DNA of 64,000 nucleotides, from NCBI GenBank assembly GCA_028289425.1, contig JANQPL010000001.1, forward strand, positions 194,503-258,502. Reading direction: 5' to 3'. A program made the translations under genes and the position numbers. The notes under the pieces were generated by a model that was not told the origin of the DNA, did no database searches, and worked only from the letters and a program-made list of their open reading frames with translations. How positions within the stretch are numbered: the stretch's first letter is position 1; each line of letters opens with the position of its first letter. This DNA is from Alphaproteobacteria bacterium. GTDB lineage: Bacteria; Pseudomonadota; Alphaproteobacteria; JANQMY01. This document shows positions 18,751 to 29,317 of this stretch, piece after piece.

Positions 18751-19956
18751 CTACTCTACCTCTTCGCCTGCCGGGACGGGTCCAGCCGATCCCAACGCAG
18801 GCGCCGGTTGCCGTGCCACTCCGGAAAAGGCTGAAAAGCGGAAAGGGGCGCCCGGGTATTGAACGGGGCCGACACCCTCGTGATCAACACTATCGAAGAA
18901 CCCCCGCGCTTGCAGGTGTTCATACTCGAGCAAATCTTCAGGTGCATTCAATACACCGATCGGAAGCCCACGCTCTTGTCCTTCGCGATACATGGTCTCC
19001 GCATCATGGATAAGAAAGAAACTTTCAGTGATCCCATGAATGTGCGCCATGTGCTTCTGGCGGTGTTCAAGATTGTTGAAGGCGTCGTCAATCAAATCGG
19101 CCGCCAGCCCTTTACTGTCCATCCAATTCACGAAAGACGACCACGCCTTGTTTTCCGCTAGAATCAAAACGAAGTAGACATATCGCCTGTCGGAACATTG
19201 GAAAAGAGCAGGTTGCGTCATGGTCGGTTGGGCATGCCGACACGTCTGCCGCCGAACAAGCACACGTGGGTAGAACCAATATGGGTTCGCGAGCTCGACT
19301 GTCACCGCCAGGGCTTCATGCATAGAGACGTCAACCAGTTGTCCTTGCCCCGTTTGTTCCCTGGATAGAAGGGCCAGAAGAACACTCGTGTGTGCAAAAC
19401 TGGCGGCGGTGTGAAACCCTTGATTGCCGCCGGGCCGGATCGGCGGAATAGAGTGATCATCATAACCACACATGTGAAGCGGTCCGCCCGCCGCCAACCC
19501 GACGAGATCCGATGTCAGGTAATCCGCCCAAGGACCATCCAGGCCGAAAGGCGTGATGGAGAGGACGATCAGCCGGGGAAACAATTCGACCAGCTCATTG
19601 AGGTCCAAGCCGAACTCTTCAAGCTCCGCCGGTTGTTTCGTTACGATGAAGATATCGGCATCTTTTAGAAGAGCCTTCAGTCTAGAGACTTTTCCGTCAC
19701 CGGTGTCGTCCAGAACCGCGCTCTCCTTGTTCGAATTGTAGTACCAGTATGCGAGGCTGAACTCTTTATCGTCTTTATCTCCAGCGAACGGGCCGGTGTG
19801 GCGCGATGCGCATCCTTCTGCGGGCTCCAGCTTAAGCACATGAGCGCCCATCTGCGCCAATAACAGGCCCGCTTGTTCCCCCGCAGGGTCGTCGGAAAGT
19901 TCAATGACGCGAAGACCCGCATAAGGTTGCGTCGACGTTTTTGAATCGCTGGCCAT
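18751..19956 (-). CDS. Family III (CaiB/BaiF) CoA-transferase, subunit A of an adjacent pair
   Basis: LRVIELSDDPAGEQAGLLLAQMGAHVLKLEP N-terminal motif; 401 aa. Confidence 0.8.
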   Translation of the reverse strand: MASDSKTSTQPYAGLRVIELSDDPAGEQAGLLLAQMGAHVLKLEPAEGCASRHTGPFAGDKDDKEFSLAYWYYNSNKESAVLDDTGDGKVSRLKALLKDADIFIVTKQPAELEEFGLDLNELVELFPRLIVLSITPFGLDGPWADYLTSDLVGLAAGGPLHMCGYDDHSIPPIRPGGNQGFHTAASFAHTSVLLALLSREQTGQGQLVDVSMHEALAVTVELANPYWFYPRVLVRRQTCRHAQPTMTQPALFQCSDRRYVYFVLILAENKAWSSFVNWMDSKGLAADLIDDAFNNLEHRQKHMAHIHGITESFFLIHDAETMYREGQERGLPIGVLNAPEDLLEYEHLQARGFFDSVDHEGVGPVQYPGAPFRFSAFSGVARQPAPALGSAGPVPAGEEVE

Positions 19957-19960
19957 GAGG

Positions 19961-21262
19961 TTAGATGACCTTCTCGTCTACCAATTGATCGAATTCGTCA
20001 TCGGAAAGTCCAGTTATCTCCTTGAAGACGTAGTGGTTGTCTTCGCCCAAAAGAGGGGCGGAGCGCCAGTTGTCCTGTTCTAACCCCGAAAAGTGCATGG
20101 GACTGCCTTCGAAGCGCGCCATACCAATCACGGGATGATCCATTTCAAAGAATATGCCGCGATGGGCGAGCTGCGGATCGTGTTCATTCAAATCCTGAGC
20201 ATTTTGAACGGCGCCCGCCCGAACGCGGGCGCGCTGCAGTATCGTCATCGCCTCATGCGGCGTATGTTGTTTTGTCCATTCGGAAATGTGTTGATCGAGA
20301 GCATCTTGGTTTTGCGAGCGCAGTTGGTGCGTCGAAAAAGACTCGTCTTGTGACCACGAAGGATGCCCCATGGCCCCGATCAAATTTTCCCACTCTTCAT
20401 CGGAAAAAACGGCGATCGCCACCCAGCGGTCTTCACCCTGACAAGGATAGACGCCGTGCGGCGCCCCCAGCGGATGATCAAGACGGTTTCCTAAGGGATA
20501 ATCTTCTAAACGCGTAGAGCGGCTGTTCGCACTGACCTCCAACATAACCGAGCCCAATAGGCTAATGCCGACTTCCACGGCGGAAACGTCAATTTCGGTG
20601 CCCTTGCCTGTTCGATTTCTGGTCAATATGGCCATGAGCAGGGCCGCGGAGTTATAGTACGCAGCCTGATTATCCATGTAAGACAATCCCCACCCGGAGG
20701 GTTCCTCGCCGGGCAATCCACTGATGTGCGATATGCCACTGACCGCCTGAACCACAGGCCCAAAGCTGCGATATTCCATATCAGGCCCCGAATGCCCGAA
20801 TCCGCTCATTCGCGCATAGATCACTTCGGGACAGATCTCGTTTAAGGCATCGTAGGTCAGTCCCCACTTTTCCATGATGCCGGGGGCGAAGTTTTCCGTC
20901 ACAACACTGCTTTTGGCGATGAGTTTTCTCGCCAGTTCACGCCCTTTCTCGGTTCTCATGTTGATCGTAACGCCCAGCTTGTTTCTGCTGTAGTTGTTGT
21001 GCATGCCGCCCAAATCCGGGTTCGGATCTGCTTCCTCTTCCCCAAACGCCCGGGATCCACCTTTGTAGATCGGCAGACGACGCGGCATGTCGAGTTTGAT
21101 GCGATCCTCAATCTTGATGACTTCAGCCCCATAATCCGCAAGGAGGCGCGTCGCGATTGAGCCGACCCCCATCCAACAGAAATCTGCAACCCGAACGCCC
21201 GCGAGGGGCCCTTTGCGCGATCTGGGGTGTCGGTCGGCGTGAGCGTAAGTAGCTATGTTCAT
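19961..21262 (-). CDS. Family III (CaiB/BaiF) CoA-transferase, subunit B of an adjacent pair
   Basis: VRVADFCWMGVGSIATRLLADYGAEVIKIEDR motif. Likely start MNIATYA with GAGG 5 nt upstream (the ORF track extends to 21283). Confidence 0.8.
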   Translation of the reverse strand: MNIATYAHADRHPRSRKGPLAGVRVADFCWMGVGSIATRLLADYGAEVIKIEDRIKLDMPRRLPIYKGGSRAFGEEEADPNPDLGGMHNNYSRNKLGVTINMRTEKGRELARKLIAKSSVVTENFAPGIMEKWGLTYDALNEICPEVIYARMSGFGHSGPDMEYRSFGPVVQAVSGISHISGLPGEEPSGWGLSYMDNQAAYYNSAALLMAILTRNRTGKGTEIDVSAVEVGISLLGSVMLEVSANSRSTRLEDYPLGNRLDHPLGAPHGVYPCQGEDRWVAIAVFSDEEWENLIGAMGHPSWSQDESFSTHQLRSQNQDALDQHISEWTKQHTPHEAMTILQRARVRAGAVQNAQDLNEHDPQLAHRGIFFEMDHPVIGMARFEGSPMHFSGLEQDNWRSAPLLGEDNHYVFKEITGLSDDEFDQLVDEKVI

Positions 21263-21450
21263 AACCTCGATTTCTTGACCCACATCCCATCGGACGTCGC
21301 CGATTGTGGCCGTTTCTTTGGTTATCGCGATTAGTGGAATCCCGAAGGACCCAGCAAATCCAACGAGAAAGCATATACATGATGATCATTCTAATGAATA
21401 TGTCAAGATGTTCGGTCAAAACCAAAGAAGATTCGACAGGACTCTAATTC

Positions 21451-21474
21451 CTCATTATGATTATCATATGATTG
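21451..21474. promoter_or_regulatory. AT-rich box CTCATTATGATTATCATATGATTG in the divergent intergenic region
   Basis: Member of the CTCATYATGAT box family; about 55 nt upstream of the amidohydrolase start at 21526. Confidence 0.3.
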
Positions 21475-21525
21475 CGTTTCGACGCACCGGGCTCAGGCAG
21501 GCCATTTCTTTGGAGGAAAGAGTTT

Positions 21526-22701
21526 ATGAATGCGCTGGTAAAAGAATTCCAAGTGATTGATACCGACACACACATCATCGAGCCGCCCGATCTATGGACG
21601 TCGCGAGTTTCCGTCAAGAAATGGGGTGACCTGGTCCCGCACGTCAAATGGGACGACGAAGCTGAAGAAGAGGCGTGGTATTTCGGCGGAGAGCGAATTG
21701 GCGCAGTCGCCGGCGGCGCCATGGCGGGTTGGCACGAGTACCCACCGCACCATCCGCGCACACTCGACGATGTGGATCCCGCCCTCTGGAAAGCGGATGC
21801 GCGTCTTAAACGCATGGACGAGTATGGGATCTATGCGCAGATTCTCTATCCCAATGTGGGCGGGTTCGGGGCCGGCAGATATTTAGGCATGCGCGATCCT
21901 GAATTGATGCTTCAGTGTGTTCAGGCCTACAACGATTGGATTTCCGACTGGAGCAGCGCAGATCCAAAACGCCTCATCCCACAAATGGCACTTCCGTTCT
22001 GGGATCTTGACCTGTCCATTGAAGAGATGAAGCGATGCGCCAAAAACGGCCACAGAGGAATCGTGTTTGGTTCGGAGCCGGAATATTTCGGCCAGCCCAG
22101 ATTAAGCGATCCCCATTGGGATCCGCTGTGGGCTGCAGCCCAGGACATCGGTCTGCCGATAAACTTTCACATCGCTTCCGGCGATATGTCTCTGTTTGAA
22201 GCAATGCATCCGGGAGCCGGCGCGCATGCCAGCTATGCATCGATGGGCGTTGTGTTCTTCATGGGAAATGCACGGGCCATTTCCCACATCATCTGCAGCG
22301 GCATATGCCACCGTTTTCCCAAGCTTAACTTCGTATCCGTTGAAAGTGGCGTTGGTTGGTTGCCCTATGCGCTCGCCGCGCTGGATTGGCAATGGAAAAA
22401 CTGCGGCGTTCCGAAGGAACATCCGGAATACAAGCTTTTGCCTAGCGAATATTTCAAAAGGCAAATCTACGGATGTTTCTGGTTTGAGCGGGAGACCGTA
22501 GCACCGACGATCGACCTCATCGGACCGGACAACATTATGTATGAATCGGATTTTCCACATCCGACGAGCATGTCGCCCGGACCGGCAACAACAGCCATCA
22601 AGCCGAGCGACTACATAAACGAAGTGTTCTCTGAACTTCCGCGGGACACGATCGAGAAGATTCTGCACGGCAACGCGGCACGCATTTACAATCTGGGCTG
22701 A
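21526..22701 (+). CDS. Amidohydrolase-2 family metal-dependent hydrolase
   Basis: MNALVKEFQVIDTDTHIIEPPDLW is homologous to the start of the 7082..8389 product. GGAGG 6 nt upstream of the ATG at 21526. Confidence 0.75.
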   Translation: MNALVKEFQVIDTDTHIIEPPDLWTSRVSVKKWGDLVPHVKWDDEAEEEAWYFGGERIGAVAGGAMAGWHEYPPHHPRTLDDVDPALWKADARLKRMDEYGIYAQILYPNVGGFGAGRYLGMRDPELMLQCVQAYNDWISDWSSADPKRLIPQMALPFWDLDLSIEEMKRCAKNGHRGIVFGSEPEYFGQPRLSDPHWDPLWAAAQDIGLPINFHIASGDMSLFEAMHPGAGAHASYASMGVVFFMGNARAISHIICSGICHRFPKLNFVSVESGVGWLPYALAALDWQWKNCGVPKEHPEYKLLPSEYFKRQIYGCFWFERETVAPTIDLIGPDNIMYESDFPHPTSMSPGPATTAIKPSDYINEVFSELPRDTIEKILHGNAARIYNLG

Positions 22702-22771
22702 CCTACCCGGGATCCGCAGGGGCTCCGCGAACCAACCGGCCCTTGACGTCTAGAGACACACGGGGTGCATC

Positions 22772-23161
22772 GTGTCACGTTCTCTTAGAATCGATTTCGA
22801 CACCCTTCCCTATTGGGGAGGGTGTCGGCAGAAAAAACTCTTGATACTCAGATGTCTTGCTTGCGGGTTTTGGATTCACCCTCCCCTTTCCGCTTGTCCC
22901 TCTTGCTGGTCAGAAAAGATCGAAGCGCAAGAAGTGAGCGGAACGGCCCGCATCTATACGTTCACGATTACCAAACAGCGGGAGCCGGCCTCGTCTTTTG
23001 TGACGGTTTGGGCCGAGCTGAGGGAGCAAGAACGTCTTATCGTCATTGGCCAATTGATCGGCACAGGCTCAGCGGCCATTAAGATCGGTGATCCGCTGGT
23101 TCTCGATTGGGTTAGCCACGAGGACCACTTCGTTCCGGCATTTCGGAAGGCGCGTGGATGA
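22772..23161 (+). CDS. DUF35-type OB-fold/Zn-ribbon protein (thiolase/aldolase partner)
   Basis: CxxC...CxxC zinc ribbon (CLACGFW...CPSCWS) followed by an OB-fold-like region; 4-nt overlap with the downstream thiolase-like gene. Confidence 0.7.
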   Translation: MSRSLRIDFDTLPYWGGCRQKKLLILRCLACGFWIHPPLSACPSCWSEKIEAQEVSGTARIYTFTITKQREPASSFVTVWAELREQERLIVIGQLIGTGSAAIKIGDPLVLDWVSHEDHFVPAFRKARG

Positions 23162-24351
23162 CTCTTTCGCCGGACCACCAAGGACGTCGCGTCGCCATTG
23201 CCGGGATCGGAAGAACCGAGTTCAGTCGCAACTCAGGCAAGTCGGTCGGCAGCCTGGCCTTGTCGGCAGCTAAATCGGCGATCCTGGATGCCGGTCTTGA
23301 GCGCAACGACATTGATGGCGTCGGGGGCGTCTTCTGCTCGGATCATCCAACGGTCTGGCCTGGATATGTCGTCGGCGGTCTTGGACTTAACAACATTCGA
23401 TGGAGTTCTTCATCAGCTCCGCCATCGGCAGCGATCGTCCTGGAGGGAATAAACGCCGTCGCGGCGGGCGCGTGCGAAACCGCGCTTTGTTATCACGCAA
23501 AATATCGGTGGGATGTCACCTCGACTTCGGTTCGGAATGATCCAATGCGGCAGTCCCCACCCATGACCTTTGATCCGCATTTTTGCCGGCCTTTGGTGAG
23601 CCATTGCCCCGGCGCAAACGGCTTTGCCGCAAACATGCGCCGCCACATGCACGAGTTCGGATCGGCCCGCGAGCATTTTGGCATGCTCGCCGTCAATGGG
23701 CGCGCCCATGCGCAGAGGAACGAAGACGCCATCTTCTACGGAAGTCCGATCACCCTGTCCGACTATCTGGATGCCCCGCGTACAATCGATCCATTTACGC
23801 TTTTCGATATGGACATGCCGATTGACGCTGCCACCGCCGTCATCGTCACCACGTTAGAGCGCGCAAGAGACCTTCCGCACAGACCGATTGTCGTTGATGC
23901 CTGCGCATTTGGGGCAACCCACAAAACCGACCAGATCTTCCAACCATTTGACGGCTACTTCGGCGCAAAAGTGGTTATGGATGCGCTTTGGCAACGGTCC
24001 GGCTACAAGCCGGAAGAGTTGGACGTGGTCAACCTCTATGATGGCTTCTCCGTCATTGCGATGGATTGGCTTGAAGCGGGATTCTGCACAAGGGGGGAAG
24101 GGGCCGGCCTGCTTAGCGACAGTTGGAACGCCCCTAACGGACATATCAGCTTGCCGGGCGGTGCCGTGGTGAATCCACATGGCGGCAACCTGAGCGAAGG
24201 CCGCACCCAAGGCATGGGCCAAGTCCTTGAAGCTGTTCTCCAACTTCAGGGTCGGGCGGGCATGCGGCAAGTACCGGACGCCCGACTGGCACTTGCAACA
24301 AATGCGGCAAATCCGATCGATGTTGGGCTTATCTTGCGGGCGGACAGCTGA
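23158..24351 (+). CDS. Thiolase-like SCP-x/lipid-transfer-protein family (non-specific thiolase/retro-aldolase type)
   Basis: RVAIAGIGRTEFSRNSGKSVGSLALSAAKSAILDAGL N-terminus typical of SCP2-thiolase-like proteins; 397 aa. Confidence 0.75.
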   Translation: MTLSPDHQGRRVAIAGIGRTEFSRNSGKSVGSLALSAAKSAILDAGLERNDIDGVGGVFCSDHPTVWPGYVVGGLGLNNIRWSSSSAPPSAAIVLEGINAVAAGACETALCYHAKYRWDVTSTSVRNDPMRQSPPMTFDPHFCRPLVSHCPGANGFAANMRRHMHEFGSAREHFGMLAVNGRAHAQRNEDAIFYGSPITLSDYLDAPRTIDPFTLFDMDMPIDAATAVIVTTLERARDLPHRPIVVDACAFGATHKTDQIFQPFDGYFGAKVVMDALWQRSGYKPEELDVVNLYDGFSVIAMDWLEAGFCTRGEGAGLLSDSWNAPNGHISLPGGAVVNPHGGNLSEGRTQGMGQVLEAVLQLQGRAGMRQVPDARLALATNAANPIDVGLILRADS

Positions 24352-24382
24352 TTTCATCTAACCAAGCAACAAGAGATACGGC

Positions 24383-25273
24383 GTGAAATTCGGAACAAAC
24401 GTTTATCAGTTTCCAAGATTTCGGGATGATCTGGCCGATCTCGTGCATTTCGTTCGGACCGCCGACGAGCTTGGATATCATCACATGAGATTTCTGGACC
24501 ATGTTGTTGGTATTGTCGCGGAACGGCATGGAGGAATCGCGGAAACTCCGTACACATCGGAAAGCAGTATCCGTGAATGCTTCACGCTCATGGCCTATTT
24601 GGCATCTATGACAAAACAAATTCGTTTTGTGACAGGCGTGGTGGCGCTTCCCATGAGACAAACTGTTCTTGTGGCGAAACAGGCCGCAGAGATTGACATC
24701 TATACCGGCGGTCGCCTGACCTTAGGTGTGGGCATTGGATATAATCCGGTGGAGTTCGAGGCTCTGGGCGCCGAGTTTAAAACACGTGCCGCGCGCTTTG
24801 AAGAACAGGTCGACGTATTGCGCAAGCTGTGGACAGAGGATGTGGTGAACTACGATGGTCGATGGCACAAGATTACCGATGCCAGTTTGGCGCCTTTGCC
24901 CACCCAACGGCCAATTCCCTTATGGTTCGGTGTCGGACGCACCAACAGCCCCATTCCGCCGGATCCTGTTTTGGATCGCGTTGGACGGTTCGCAGACGGT
25001 TGGATGCCGATGATCTCACCCAACCTTGCCGGACAGGAGGCTCTGGCGAAAGTGCGGGCGGCCGCCGCTTCGGTCGGCCGGTCTCCAAAGGATGTAGCGC
25101 TGGAAATGAACCTCAATCCGGTGGGCAAAGGGAGGGATCAAATCGCAAAGGAAATGGAAGAACTGCGTGAGTTTGGGGCGTCCCAGATTAATGTGAACTT
25201 CGGCGCCAATACGGCTAACGACCAAATCGAGGCACTGTCGCGCTTTCGCGAGCAGTTCGACATTTTCTTTTGA
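24383..25273 (+). CDS. LLM-class flavin-dependent oxidoreductase
   Basis: Luciferase-like TIM-barrel pattern; 296 aa. Confidence 0.75.
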   Translation: MKFGTNVYQFPRFRDDLADLVHFVRTADELGYHHMRFLDHVVGIVAERHGGIAETPYTSESSIRECFTLMAYLASMTKQIRFVTGVVALPMRQTVLVAKQAAEIDIYTGGRLTLGVGIGYNPVEFEALGAEFKTRAARFEEQVDVLRKLWTEDVVNYDGRWHKITDASLAPLPTQRPIPLWFGVGRTNSPIPPDPVLDRVGRFADGWMPMISPNLAGQEALAKVRAAAASVGRSPKDVALEMNLNPVGKGRDQIAKEMEELREFGASQINVNFGANTANDQIEALSRFREQFDIFF

Positions 25274-25393
25274 GCCACCGGGCCAATAGTCTGGACGTTT
25301 CAAACTGGCCGTTAAGGCCGGGGGCGCCGATACCGCTCTAATCCTTTAATCACCAACGCCTTCCCCCGAATGTCATTGACATTTCCATAATTC

Positions 25394-25417
25394 CTCATCA
25401 TGATAATAATTATATCG
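25394..25417. promoter_or_regulatory. AT-rich box CTCATCATGATAATAATTATATCG upstream of the TonB receptor
   Basis: Same box family as 13021 and 21451; about 80 nt upstream of 25499. Confidence 0.3.
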
Positions 25418-25498
25418 ATGTTCTCCCTGCTGCAAGGATGGGAGCGGCACGTGAACAACAGTCATTAATGGCTAAAAAAATGGTCTAGGGGGAAAGTA

Positions 25499-27727
25499 AT
25501 GGACGGAAGGTACGGTAGAAAAAAAGCTCTTTCATCGGCCGTATTAGTCGGTGGATTGCTGGCCGTTTTTGTGCCGGCGAGCGTGCAAGCGCAAATTGAC
25601 GAAATCATTGTTACAGCGACAAAACGTGAAGCCCCGCTGCAATCAGTACCGGTCGCAGTTACGGCGTTTGATGGCGACTTTCTCAGCCAAACCCGCGTTC
25701 AAAACTTTCAAGACCTTGTCGGTCTGGTTCCCGGGATTTCCTTTTACAAAATCTCCGGAAACAGTGGTTCCTACATCCAAATTCGCGGATCGGTGGCCAG
25801 TGACGACTCGCCCGCTTTTGATACGCCGGTCGCCGTGTTCATTGACGACATTTACTACGGCACCTCAGCGTCCTTCTATCCGGATTGGTTCGATGTGGAA
25901 CAAATGGCTGTCTTGCGCGGACCGCAAGGAACCACATTTGGACGGAATGTGGTCGGCGGGGCCGTCCAAATTGTAAACAAAAAGCCGCAGCTCAATGAGA
26001 CGAATGCGGCAGCATCATTCACCGTAAGGGCGTGGAGCGATGATTTTGCCGGTTGGGAATCCTCTGGCCATTTTAATATTCCGTATTCAGATAAATGGGC
26101 CGGCCGCATATCGTATAGCCTAAAGGATGTTGATGGGTACAACTTCAACAACGAAACAGGTACTCTTCTGGATGATCTAAGCGTCGGCAGCCTTCGAGTA
26201 CAATCTCGGTTCCAACCAAACGAAGACTGGGATTTCTTGCTTTCTGCAAGCTACACACGTGAACGGTCGAATTCGGGGCCCGGGTACAAAGTTGAGGGAA
26301 ATGCTGCCGCCGTATTTCAGGACCCTGATATTCGCGAGCTTTCGCAAGATGATGATGGGGAAGTGGAGCGCGATCTCTACTCGATGTTCTTTAGGGCTGA
26401 TTGGGATACGTCAATAGGGACGGTCACATCGATTACTGCCTATCGCGGGACAGATCAGTCGTATACAGAGGATTTTGACGGCACAATCATACCGTGGAGC
26501 CAGAAGACTGACGTACAACAGGAAAATCAGTTTACTCAGGAACTCAGAATAACCTCCCCCGATGAGGGCGCCCGCCTGAGCTGGATCGCCGGCCTTTACT
26601 ACCTTTATCAGGATCAACATCGAACCGAGAAAAACTTCTTTTCGGCACCGGCAGGCACAATCGGTGCGGCCCTTTTTGGCGCCGCGACGACAGGTGCGAA
26701 CAATCCGCATTTCCAGCAACAAGATTTGGAAGTGAACAGTATTGCGCCCTTTGCCGAAGGCAAGGTGCGCTTTACGGATTGGGCAGCGTTGACCGCAGGT
26801 CTGAGGTATACATACGATAAGAAGAGCGGCCACACGACCCACAACATTGATAACCCCTTCTTCGGTACCGCCAAGCAGGTGGGCTGGCAGGATAGCTGGG
26901 ACGCATTCACACCGCGAGTGAGTCTTGAATTCACACCGAATGACGATCTGTTGTTTTATGGCAGCGCTGCCCGGGGCTGGAAGAGTGGCGGGTTTTCCTT
27001 CAGTGCAGCATCGGTCGCTGAAGCCCAAAAAGCGCTTCTTCCGGAAAAAAGTTGGAGCTACGAGGTAGGGGCGAAGACAACCCTGTTTGACAGCCGGGTC
27101 ACGGCCAACATCGCGGCCTTCCTTGTACAGACGAAGGACTTGCAAACCAGAACTTTCAACGGAACGACTCTATTTCAAAGTAATGCCGGCGAAGTTGAAA
27201 CGAAGGGCATCGAGTTCGAAGCTCAGGCAAATCCGATAGACGGGTTCGATGTTGGCGTAACGACCGCGTTTATTGAATCCAAATACGAGAGTTTCGAAGG
27301 ATGCACCCGCACCGGCGCGGACTGCACCGGAAATCGTGTTCCGCGTACACCTAAATGGACCGTTAGCCTTTATGGACAGCATAGGTGGCTCATTCCAAAC
27401 ATGGATGCTGCGCTCACATTGCGGGGTGAATACAACTACCGCAGCAAATTCTTAAACAGCGCCGAAAACAACTTTGCCGACGACATAGAAGCAAAAACGG
27501 CAATGGATGCTTTCGTCAATGCTTTTCTTGAATTCGAACCCTTGGAGTCAAATTGGTCGGTTTCGTTGTGGGGGCGAAACATTCTCGACGATGAAGCGAC
27601 CTTGGGGGTTGTGAACGGCGCGGTTTTCGTCGCCACACTGGCTGAATTCGGAAGCGTAGATGCTTGGCGGCTTCAATATACTGAGCCCAGATCATTTGGC
27701 GCGACGCTGCGGTTTCGGTTTGAATAG
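25499..27727 (+). CDS. TonB-dependent outer-membrane receptor
   Basis: Signal peptide, TonB box/plug start (QIDEIIVTATKREAPLQSVPVAVTAF) and C-terminal beta-barrel ending RFRFE; 742 aa. Confidence 0.85.
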   Translation: MDGRYGRKKALSSAVLVGGLLAVFVPASVQAQIDEIIVTATKREAPLQSVPVAVTAFDGDFLSQTRVQNFQDLVGLVPGISFYKISGNSGSYIQIRGSVASDDSPAFDTPVAVFIDDIYYGTSASFYPDWFDVEQMAVLRGPQGTTFGRNVVGGAVQIVNKKPQLNETNAAASFTVRAWSDDFAGWESSGHFNIPYSDKWAGRISYSLKDVDGYNFNNETGTLLDDLSVGSLRVQSRFQPNEDWDFLLSASYTRERSNSGPGYKVEGNAAAVFQDPDIRELSQDDDGEVERDLYSMFFRADWDTSIGTVTSITAYRGTDQSYTEDFDGTIIPWSQKTDVQQENQFTQELRITSPDEGARLSWIAGLYYLYQDQHRTEKNFFSAPAGTIGAALFGAATTGANNPHFQQQDLEVNSIAPFAEGKVRFTDWAALTAGLRYTYDKKSGHTTHNIDNPFFGTAKQVGWQDSWDAFTPRVSLEFTPNDDLLFYGSAARGWKSGGFSFSAASVAEAQKALLPEKSWSYEVGAKTTLFDSRVTANIAAFLVQTKDLQTRTFNGTTLFQSNAGEVETKGIEFEAQANPIDGFDVGVTTAFIESKYESFEGCTRTGADCTGNRVPRTPKWTVSLYGQHRWLIPNMDAALTLRGEYNYRSKFLNSAENNFADDIEAKTAMDAFVNAFLEFEPLESNWSVSLWGRNILDDEATLGVVNGAVFVATLAEFGSVDAWRLQYTEPRSFGATLRFRFE

Positions 27728-27789
27728 GACCACTTACTAATCCGGAAGAAGAACCGTATGCCGGATTTCACTGTAAAACGATTTAAGGT

Positions 27790-27816
27790 GGGCCACTGAC
27801 ATCAGTTGGTGGCCCC
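27790..27816 (+). terminator. Hairpin GGGCCAC-N12-GTGGCCC after the TonB receptor (putative terminator, no strong U tract)
   Basis: Read directly, 60 nt past the stop codon. Confidence 0.35.
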
Positions 27817-27850
27817 CTTCTACTTCTGGGCTTAAGCACAATCCTCATCG

Positions 27851-29203
27851 ATGTCCGGAGATCTTGTGTCAAAAAAAGCGCCCACAGATTCCGACGGGCC
27901 AGCCAGGTCAAGCTATCGGTGGTACGCCCTTGGTTTGCTCTTTGTCATCGGCACATTCAATTACATTGATCGCCATATTGTGGTGATCCTGCAAGAGCCA
28001 ATTAAGCATGATCTCGGCTTGAGTGATGCACAACTGGGCGCGATCACAGGCCTTGGGTTTGCAATTCTATACACGTTCATGGCACTGCCCATCGCTTGGC
28101 TCGCGGACCGGAGCGTACGAAAGTATGTAATCTCCGCTGCGCTGGGCACCTGGAGTTTCTTCACCGCTCTATGTGGGCTGGCGAACAGTTTTACATCCCT
28201 ACTCATCTTTCGAATGGGTGTTGCGGTCGGCGAGGCCGGCGCTCATCCCACATCACTGGCAATCATCTCGGATTATTTTCCGCGTAAGGAACGAGCAACG
28301 GCGATGGCCATCTTCGGACTTGCCATTCCAGCGGGGGTGATGATTGGCTTTCTGAGCGGCGGATGGCTTCACGAATTATTCGGTTGGCGGAACGCTTTTA
28401 TTTTTGTCGGCATCGCCGGATTGGCCATCATACCGATTGTGCTGCTGACCCTCCGAGAGCCGCCGCGCGGGTTGTCCGATGGCAACGTGGCAGCACAGTC
28501 CGATCCGCGAAATACGCCGTCACTGTTGGTCGTTGCAAAGACGTTATGGGCCATAAAATCGTTCCGATATCTGATGGTCGCCTGTGGTCTGCAGGCCTTT
28601 ACCCTGCACACTATCCTCAGTTGGAGCGTTCCGTTTTACATGCGAGTTCATAGTGTCAGCGTCGGCGAAGTGGCCGTTTTCCTTGCCGTGCTAAAAGGGA
28701 TCGGGGGAGCCATCGGAACCTATTTCGGCGGCGTTGCCGCTGATCGCTTGGCGCAACAAGATGTCCGCTGGTATATGTGGCTGCCGGCGGCATCAGCGGC
28801 GTTGCTTGTTCCCGCCCTGCTTATTCAGTTTCTTGCGCCCCATCTCAACCTGTCGCTTATCGCTGGAATGATTGCCTTCACCCTGATGCCTGTCTTCATC
28901 CCATCGATGAATGCCACCGGTCAGTCTCTGGTGGACGCAAACATGCGAGCATCAACAGCAGCAACAATAGTGATCACCACCAATTTGCTGGGATTGGGGC
29001 TGGGGCCTTTTCTTGTTGGCGCCATCAGTGATGTGCTCGCGAATGCTTACGGTCTAGGTGAAGACTCGATCCGGTATGCCGTGCTTGTCACATTGGGCTT
29101 CAACGTGGCGGCGGCCTTCTATTTCATGAAGGCCGCCGGTTTTCTTGCTGCCGACATGCCTCCCGAGAGCTCTATAGCAATTACGGCGTCTGAAAGAGCA
29201 TGA
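27851..29203 (+). CDS. MFS transporter (paralog A)
   Basis: 12-TM-like profile with the FNYIDRHIVVIL and GRL-type motifs; 450 aa. Confidence 0.8.
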   Translation: MSGDLVSKKAPTDSDGPARSSYRWYALGLLFVIGTFNYIDRHIVVILQEPIKHDLGLSDAQLGAITGLGFAILYTFMALPIAWLADRSVRKYVISAALGTWSFFTALCGLANSFTSLLIFRMGVAVGEAGAHPTSLAIISDYFPRKERATAMAIFGLAIPAGVMIGFLSGGWLHELFGWRNAFIFVGIAGLAIIPIVLLTLREPPRGLSDGNVAAQSDPRNTPSLLVVAKTLWAIKSFRYLMVACGLQAFTLHTILSWSVPFYMRVHSVSVGEVAVFLAVLKGIGGAIGTYFGGVAADRLAQQDVRWYMWLPAASAALLVPALLIQFLAPHLNLSLIAGMIAFTLMPVFIPSMNATGQSLVDANMRASTAATIVITTNLLGLGLGPFLVGAISDVLANAYGLGEDSIRYAVLVTLGFNVAAAFYFMKAAGFLAADMPPESSIAITASERA

Positions 29204-29317
29204 TTGCAAGGGGCGGATTGATGTATGACCTGCGAGATCTAATCGGCCAGCGAACCAAAACTGACATATGTACCAAAGGCTTTACGTCTATTTAGTCGGA
29301 GCCTAAAGAGCATCGAG

